From an uncultured Candidatus Actinomarina sp. (lineage in GTDB: Bacteria > Actinomycetota > Acidimicrobiia > Actinomarinales > Actinomarinaceae), in assembly GCA_902634185.1 (NCBI GenBank), contig CACPJC010000002.1, forward strand, positions 32,001 through 96,000: DNA of 64,000 nt, in the 5' to 3' direction. Shown piece after piece: positions 59,370-64,000 of this stretch. The translations under genes and the position numbers were made by a program. Numbering within the stretch: the stretch's first letter is position 1; every line of letters starts with the position of its first letter. Below the pieces are notes generated by a model that was given only the letters and a program-made list of their open reading frames with translations, had not been told where the DNA came from and did no database searches.

Positions 59370-60557
59370 ATGGAGGAATCAAAAAAATATGGCATAAATA
59401 CAAGAGCCATACATACTCAAAAAAAATTTAAGTTACCAACTGGCGATGTCATGCCTCCTATCCATATGTCTACAACCTATGAAAATTTAGAACCTGGTGA
59501 ATCTGAATATTTTTATGGAAGAATGAACAACCCAACAAGAGAGATTTTTGAGAGAACTATGGCTTCATTAGAAGGCATTGATGATCATGAAACTTTGCAT
59601 GGTTTTGCTATGGCTTCTGGAATGGCTTGTGTGACAATGATTGCAGAGTTGGTCAAACCAGGTGAAAATGTTTTAATTACCCAAGAAGTTTACGGTGGCA
59701 CAACAAGATTTTTTACACAGATTGCAACAAAGAGGGGCATAGAAGTAAATTTTTGCAATTTTAATGAAACAGAAAAATTAGAATCTTTGATTAATGAGAA
59801 TACAAAACTTGTTTGGATAGAATCTCCATCTAATCCAAATATAAATCTTTATGATATGTCTTCTATTGCGAAGATTGTACATGATAAAGGCTCACTTTTA
59901 GTTGCTGACAGTACTTTCTCAACACCATTTATCACAAGACCTTTTGAACATGGTGTCGACATTATTATGCACTCAACAACTAAATATATTGGGGGACACA
60001 GTGATACTCTTGGAGGAGTTGTAGTAACAAATAATTCTGAAGTACACGAATATTTACATTTAGTGCAAAAAGCAAGTGGTGCAGTAATGTCACCATTTGA
60101 TGCCTATCTTGCACAAAGAGGTTTATATACGCTTGGACCTCGAATACAAATGCATTCAAAAAATGCCCATCAACTTGCTGAATATTTATTGAATTCTGAA
60201 CATATTAAAGAAGTCAGATATCCAGGTCTTACAAATTTTAAAAATCACGAGATTGCTGTAAAGCAAATGGATTATTTTGGTGGAATGCTCAGCTTTTACA
60301 CAGAGGATCACATAGACGATCAAAAATTGTTTTCTAATTTAGATTTATATAAATTGGCCGTAAGTTTAGGTGGTGTAGAGTCATTAATTGAAGTCCCTTC
60401 GTTAATGACACATGATTCAGCAGCTGGAACAGATGCTGAAGCACCAGATGATTTAATTAGAATTTCTGTAGGCCTAGAGAATATTGAGGATTTAATATCT
60501 GATATGGATAGATCCTTGACTGCGTCAATAAAATCTCTTGATGAATCTAAAAAATAA
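59370..60557 (+). CDS. Cys/Met metabolism PLP enzyme (cystathionine gamma-synthase/lyase family)
   Basis: PPIHMSTTY, YGRMNNPT, SGMA, ESPSNP, HSTTKYIGGHSD, SLGGVESL, RISVGLE. Confidence 0.93.
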   Translation: MEESKKYGINTRAIHTQKKFKLPTGDVMPPIHMSTTYENLEPGESEYFYGRMNNPTREIFERTMASLEGIDDHETLHGFAMASGMACVTMIAELVKPGENVLITQEVYGGTTRFFTQIATKRGIEVNFCNFNETEKLESLINENTKLVWIESPSNPNINLYDMSSIAKIVHDKGSLLVADSTFSTPFITRPFEHGVDIIMHSTTKYIGGHSDTLGGVVVTNNSEVHEYLHLVQKASGAVMSPFDAYLAQRGLYTLGPRIQMHSKNAHQLAEYLLNSEHIKEVRYPGLTNFKNHEIAVKQMDYFGGMLSFYTEDHIDDQKLFSNLDLYKLAVSLGGVESLIEVPSLMTHDSAAGTDAEAPDDLIRISVGLENIEDLISDMDRSLTASIKSLDESKK

Positions 60558-61509
60558 CCTTAAAAATTATTTTCCTTTAAAAGTTGCTATTTCATCCGTC
60601 TTTGGATTCTTCATTATTTATATACTCTTTGGTCTTGATGGCTGGGGTGATAGAGCTTCAAATGAAAATGCTATAGGGGAAGTCTCAAGATGGTGTGAGC
60701 GGGTAAGTGATGGTTTACTTAGAGAACCTTCAAATACATTAGGAAATTTGGGATTTGTAATTGTTGGTCTTTATATGTTCTATAAATTGTCTCAAGATGC
60801 AACTTCTGACAACGGAATAACTATGTTTAGCTCTCCAAGTATTGCAGTCATATATGCCGGGGCTTCAACTTTTCTTGGACCGGGTTCAATGGCAATGCAT
60901 GGAACGAATACTGAATTTGGTGCATGGCTTGATAATTTATCAATGATTATGTACATAGTGATCTTATGGATTTACAACCTAAAAAAACTTATTGGTTTTT
61001 CAACAAGAGTATATCTTGTTCTTTACTTTTTACTAGTTACAGTATATGCCTTTGATTCATGGTTTTTGAATGGAGGATTTGGGGTTGGAATCAGTTTGTT
61101 CGAATTGAGTATTGGGCTTTGGATAGCTACTGAAATAGTTGTAAAGTTTCCAAACATTTATGGAAGAATTAGTTCTGGTATTTCAGTATTAGTAATTCAG
61201 CAACTTTTTGGAAGTCCTGTAATAGAGTCTTTTCAAAACTTCCAGAATAATTGGGAAATGCTACTTTATTTTGCTCCCGCATTAATTCCAAATTTAAATA
61301 AACCATCTGAAATAAAGTACTCTCCTTGGTTTTTCTTAGGATTTCTCTCCTTCTTTGGTGCCTTACTTATTTGGGAAACAGGAGTTCCAGATCATCCTTG
61401 GTGCAATCCCGACTCGTGGTTACAAGCACATATGATATGGCATTTACTATGTTCGGCTGCAACCTTTTCATTTTTTAAGCTTTATAGAACTGAGTACTAC
61501 TTAAATTAA
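60538..61509 (+). CDS. Alkaline ceramidase-like CREST-superfamily membrane hydrolase
   Basis: WCE...REPSNT, GSMAMH (SxxxH), WLD, HMIWH (HxxxH). Confidence 0.8.
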   Translation: MMNLKNNLKNYFPLKVAISSVFGFFIIYILFGLDGWGDRASNENAIGEVSRWCERVSDGLLREPSNTLGNLGFVIVGLYMFYKLSQDATSDNGITMFSSPSIAVIYAGASTFLGPGSMAMHGTNTEFGAWLDNLSMIMYIVILWIYNLKKLIGFSTRVYLVLYFLLVTVYAFDSWFLNGGFGVGISLFELSIGLWIATEIVVKFPNIYGRISSGISVLVIQQLFGSPVIESFQNFQNNWEMLLYFAPALIPNLNKPSEIKYSPWFFLGFLSFFGALLIWETGVPDHPWCNPDSWLQAHMIWHLLCSAATFSFFKLYRTEYYLN

Positions 61510-61910
61510 AAATCTAATTGTTCAATCCAATTACTTATATCTTTGACAGTTTGATTATATATTTCCATAGCATGCTCGTCTGATTCATATGAGTCTTTGC
61601 TTGGGTCCTCAAAAGAGTTATGTATTTTATTTTTTGCATTGTGAAAGGTCGGACAAATTTCATTTGCAGAATCACAGACGGTAAGTACATAATCGAACTC
61701 TTGATCAACAAAATCATCCACTAATTTTGGATAGTTGTTAGATATATCAATGTTTGCATCTTTCATGGCTCTTATTGCATAAGGGTTGACGTTTAACTCT
61801 GGTTTTGTTCCAGCTGAATGTATTTCGTAATCTGGATATTTTGATTTTAGTAATCCTTCAGCAATTTGAGATCTACAGGAGTTTCCCGTACAGAGGACAA
61901 TAATTTTCAT
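61506..61910 (-). CDS. arsC: Thioredoxin-dependent arsenate reductase (LMW-PTP fold)
   Basis: LCTGNSCRSQIAEG, SAGT, TVCD....CP, FEDP. Confidence 0.93.
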   Translation of the reverse strand: MKIIVLCTGNSCRSQIAEGLLKSKYPDYEIHSAGTKPELNVNPYAIRAMKDANIDISNNYPKLVDDFVDQEFDYVLTVCDSANEICPTFHNAKNKIHNSFEDPSKDSYESDEHAMEIYNQTVKDISNWIEQLDF

Positions 61911-61943
61911 GTTTCTATTTTAAATCACAGGTATTCTTTAAGT

Positions 61944-62240
61944 ATGACTTCTGAAGAAAAGAAAGAGAAAAAAATTACAAGAACAATGGAAAAAGTAATT
62001 ATGTCATTCATGTACTTACTTTTTGGATTTATGTTTTTAGGAGTAGCATTTAGTAGAGAGCTATCAGGTCTTTTTGTAGTTGTACCCCTGAGTGCCTTCA
62101 GCATAGGTTTAACAAAATGGGGTTTAAAATGGCAGAATGATCGCTATCTAAGATCTGCAAAAAATGTTGATGACATTCAAGAACTATCAAAAAAAATAGA
62201 TGATATTCATATAAGATTAAATAGACTTGAGTCAGAATGA
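61944..62240 (+). CDS. Small membrane protein with C-terminal coiled coil
   Basis: Start probably ATG 61944 (TATTCT-6nt-ATG); 2 TMs. Confidence 0.65.
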   Translation: MTSEEKKEKKITRTMEKVIMSFMYLLFGFMFLGVAFSRELSGLFVVVPLSAFSIGLTKWGLKWQNDRYLRSAKNVDDIQELSKKIDDIHIRLNRLESE

Positions 62241-62719
62241 TTTCCATTGAACTTTTAACAAAACATATGGCTTGGGCAAACCAAGAGATCTATAAAGAGA
62301 TAAAAAAACTTGACCCGGAAGTGCTGGATTACTATGTCATTGATAAAGAATGGACAGTTAGAACAATTATGGTTCATATTGTTACTGCATCATATTTATA
62401 CAGTCAAAGGCTGCAAGAAAAACCATTTTCTAAAATTGAATTTGATATGGAGAGTCCAGATTTAATTGATGATCTAATCGATGCACTTGAAAATATCGAT
62501 AAAGATTTAATTGAACAGTCTTACAGAGAAGATGAAGAGGTTACGTTTGAAACATCAAAGGGAGAAAGTTCTGGAAAAGTCTCGGTTATATTATCTATGA
62601 TGATATTTCACGCTACAGAACATAGAGCTCAAATAGTTGCTGCTTTGGATAAAAATAACGAAAGAAGTATAAATCTTGATGAATATAGTATTTTTGGATA
62701 TCTTCGGGAAAATAATTAA
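62237..62719 (+). CDS. DinB family protein
   Basis: HMAWAN, HI, HATEHRAQ metal triad. Confidence 0.88.
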   Translation: MISIELLTKHMAWANQEIYKEIKKLDPEVLDYYVIDKEWTVRTIMVHIVTASYLYSQRLQEKPFSKIEFDMESPDLIDDLIDALENIDKDLIEQSYREDEEVTFETSKGESSGKVSVILSMMIFHATEHRAQIVAALDKNNERSINLDEYSIFGYLRENN

Positions 62720-63021
62720 ATAGTTTCTTTATTTACCCAATCATCATATTCAGGCAAAGTATAAGTGGGTTTTATCGTAGTAATCTTTGGAAGTTCATAA
62801 GTGTGCTTTTCTTGTAATGTTTCAATCAACTGATCATGTAGTGACTCTTTTGAGTAAAGATTAATTTCATATTCAGATTCTTGTTGGATTTTCCCTTCCC
62901 ATTTGTAAATGGATTGAATTTTGGTAAAGGTCCCACATGCAATAAGTTGTTTGTTGACAAGATAATTTGTTAACTCTCTTGCGTCCTCTTCGGATCCAAT
63001 TGTTGTTTGAATTATTATCAC
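62716..63021 (-). CDS. cutA: Divalent-cation tolerance protein CutA
   Basis: LIAC, SIYKWEGKI, HTYELP, Y..W. Confidence 0.93.
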   Translation of the reverse strand: MIIIQTTIGSEEDARELTNYLVNKQLIACGTFTKIQSIYKWEGKIQQESEYEINLYSKESLHDQLIETLQEKHTYELPKITTIKPTYTLPEYDDWVNKETI

Positions 63022-63863
63022 AAGATATCTTTCATCCCAATTTTATCTAAAGTATAGTTCCATAATGTTTCTCTCTCTTGAAGGTTATAGGCAAGTTTGT
63101 TTGCTTTATATGTTGAAGGTTTTCCATATTGATGAATTATTTTTGGAGCATAAACTCTTTCTTTTTCTAATTCAGCTGTTGTGCTTGCTTCAATCACAGG
63201 AGCTACTCCTGTAGATACATTTGTCTTAAATTTATCGATTATTTTATAGCTCAAGCTTGGATTACTCCTTCTGTATAGTCTTGACCTAGTAACCCCTGGG
63301 TGAGCAACTACAACATCTGTTTCAAAATTTGTTATGTTTTTATCGAGTTCAAATGAAAACATTGTTCTATATAGGTTTGAATAGTTGTACCAAGTCCAGG
63401 GACTATATATGGACTCATCTTCTAGCCTCTCGTATCTCATCTCCTTTATAAAATACATTGCGATACTTGAAATTTGAACAATTCTAGAGCTCACGACATT
63501 CTTCATTAGATCCAACATCATTAAAGTTAAGTAAGTTGAGCCAAAATAGTTTGTCGCCAGTGTGGATTCAAGCCCTTCTTTAGTTTTTGAAAAAGGAACA
63601 TACATTATTCCAGCGTTGCTATAAAAAATATCAATATTTTTAAAATTACTGGTTAGGTTATTGTAAAAATTATCAATACTTTCATAGTCGGTCATATCCA
63701 GTTTTATAAATTTTGAATTTTTACCAATCTCTTTTTCAGCAGCTATTCCTTTTTCTTGATTCCTACAACCCAAAACTACAAAATACCCTTTGCTTTCGTA
63801 TATTTTTGCAGCTGCATATCCAATTCCTGAATTTGCACCGGTGATTACAACAACCTTATCCAT
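63018..63863 (-). CDS. SDR oxidoreductase (retinol dehydrogenase/WWOX-like)
   Basis: ITGANSGIG, NAGIM, TNYFG, ISS, HPG; catalytic YxxxK appears as YNYSN. Confidence 0.88.
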   Translation of the reverse strand: MDKVVVITGANSGIGYAAAKIYESKGYFVVLGCRNQEKGIAAEKEIGKNSKFIKLDMTDYESIDNFYNNLTSNFKNIDIFYSNAGIMYVPFSKTKEGLESTLATNYFGSTYLTLMMLDLMKNVVSSRIVQISSIAMYFIKEMRYERLEDESIYSPWTWYNYSNLYRTMFSFELDKNITNFETDVVVAHPGVTRSRLYRRSNPSLSYKIIDKFKTNVSTGVAPVIEASTTAELEKERVYAPKIIHQYGKPSTYKANKLAYNLQERETLWNYTLDKIGMKDIL

Positions 63864-63903
63864 GTAATTTGATTGTAATTCCTGAAGTGCTTTAATTTAT
63901 ACT

Positions 63904-64000
63904 ATGTATTATCTAATTGTCTTTGTTGCAGTAATTCTTGTACTTAGGCTGTTTAATCTACTACCTAAATTATCGAATAAGTTTTGGAGATACGTTGACT
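63904..64000 (+). CDS. 5' end of a probable membrane protein (truncated by window edge)
   Basis: MYYLIVFVAVILVLRLFNLLPK... open to the end of the window. Confidence 0.45.
   Translation, partial: MYYLIVFVAVILVLRLFNLLPKLSNKFWRYVD

Noticed and set aside
32-61717. Many 60-145 aa ORFs in the track antisense to or nested in real genes (e.g. 32-214, 436-618, 3692-3910, 20819-21016, 32124-32432, 47484-47921, 52106-52363)
   Set aside because: Shadow frames of well-supported genes, with no motifs of their own.
33363-61910. Hidden selenoproteins among the Fe-S carrier, AhpC/TSA, MsrA and ArsC genes
   Set aside because: All redox positions are Cys codons and the ORFs are full length. The TGA stops I checked fall at normal C-termini or ATGA overlaps.
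1-64000. CRISPR array, rRNA, transposase, integrase or prophage genes
   Set aside because: No regularly spaced repeats and no ORF with such motifs were seen.

Overview
A very AT-rich, extremely compact bacterial chromosome segment. WhiB, GlnR, type II glutamine synthetase, Thr-rich linkers, many apparently leaderless genes and near-zero intergenic space point to a streamlined marine actinobacterium, possibly Ca. Actinomarina-like (inference, not a database result). Layout: (1) 1-20.6 kb is a cell-surface glycosylation island (GT2, GT4, GT8, GT10, GT25, exostosin-like, GT-C, three FkbM-type methyltransferases, an ABC exporter and an RfbB-like dehydratase). (2) A ~0.65 kb integrase-less, single-gene cassette is bounded by a 44-bp duplication of the tRNA-Phe 3' half. 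(3) 21.3-30.2 kb holds tRNA-Phe, -Asp, -Lys and -Arg(UCG) interleaved with envelope-polymer genes and argS. (4) glnII, glnR, an A-type Fe-S carrier, selA-selB and whiB follow. (5) 40-49 kb is a complete mannitol-family PTS (split EIIC/EIIB/EIIA, MtlD, HPr, EI) linked to a SAF-domain oxidoreductase and two complementary IspD-like genes. (6) dnaB-rplI-rpsR-ssb-rpsF and panB. (7) A small operon of unknown alpha/beta-barrel proteins, then msrA, rbsK, udp, a P450, a Cys/Met PLP enzyme, a ceramidase-like gene, arsC, DinB, cutA and an SDR. Best candidate for an undescribed system: a PTS-coupled, apparently two-subunit IspD/TarI-like cytidylyltransferase, where one gene keeps the catalytic core but lacks the substrate-binding arm and a second gene encodes mainly that arm. 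The minimal tRNA-Phe cassette is the next best. All family assignments are by motif recognition only.
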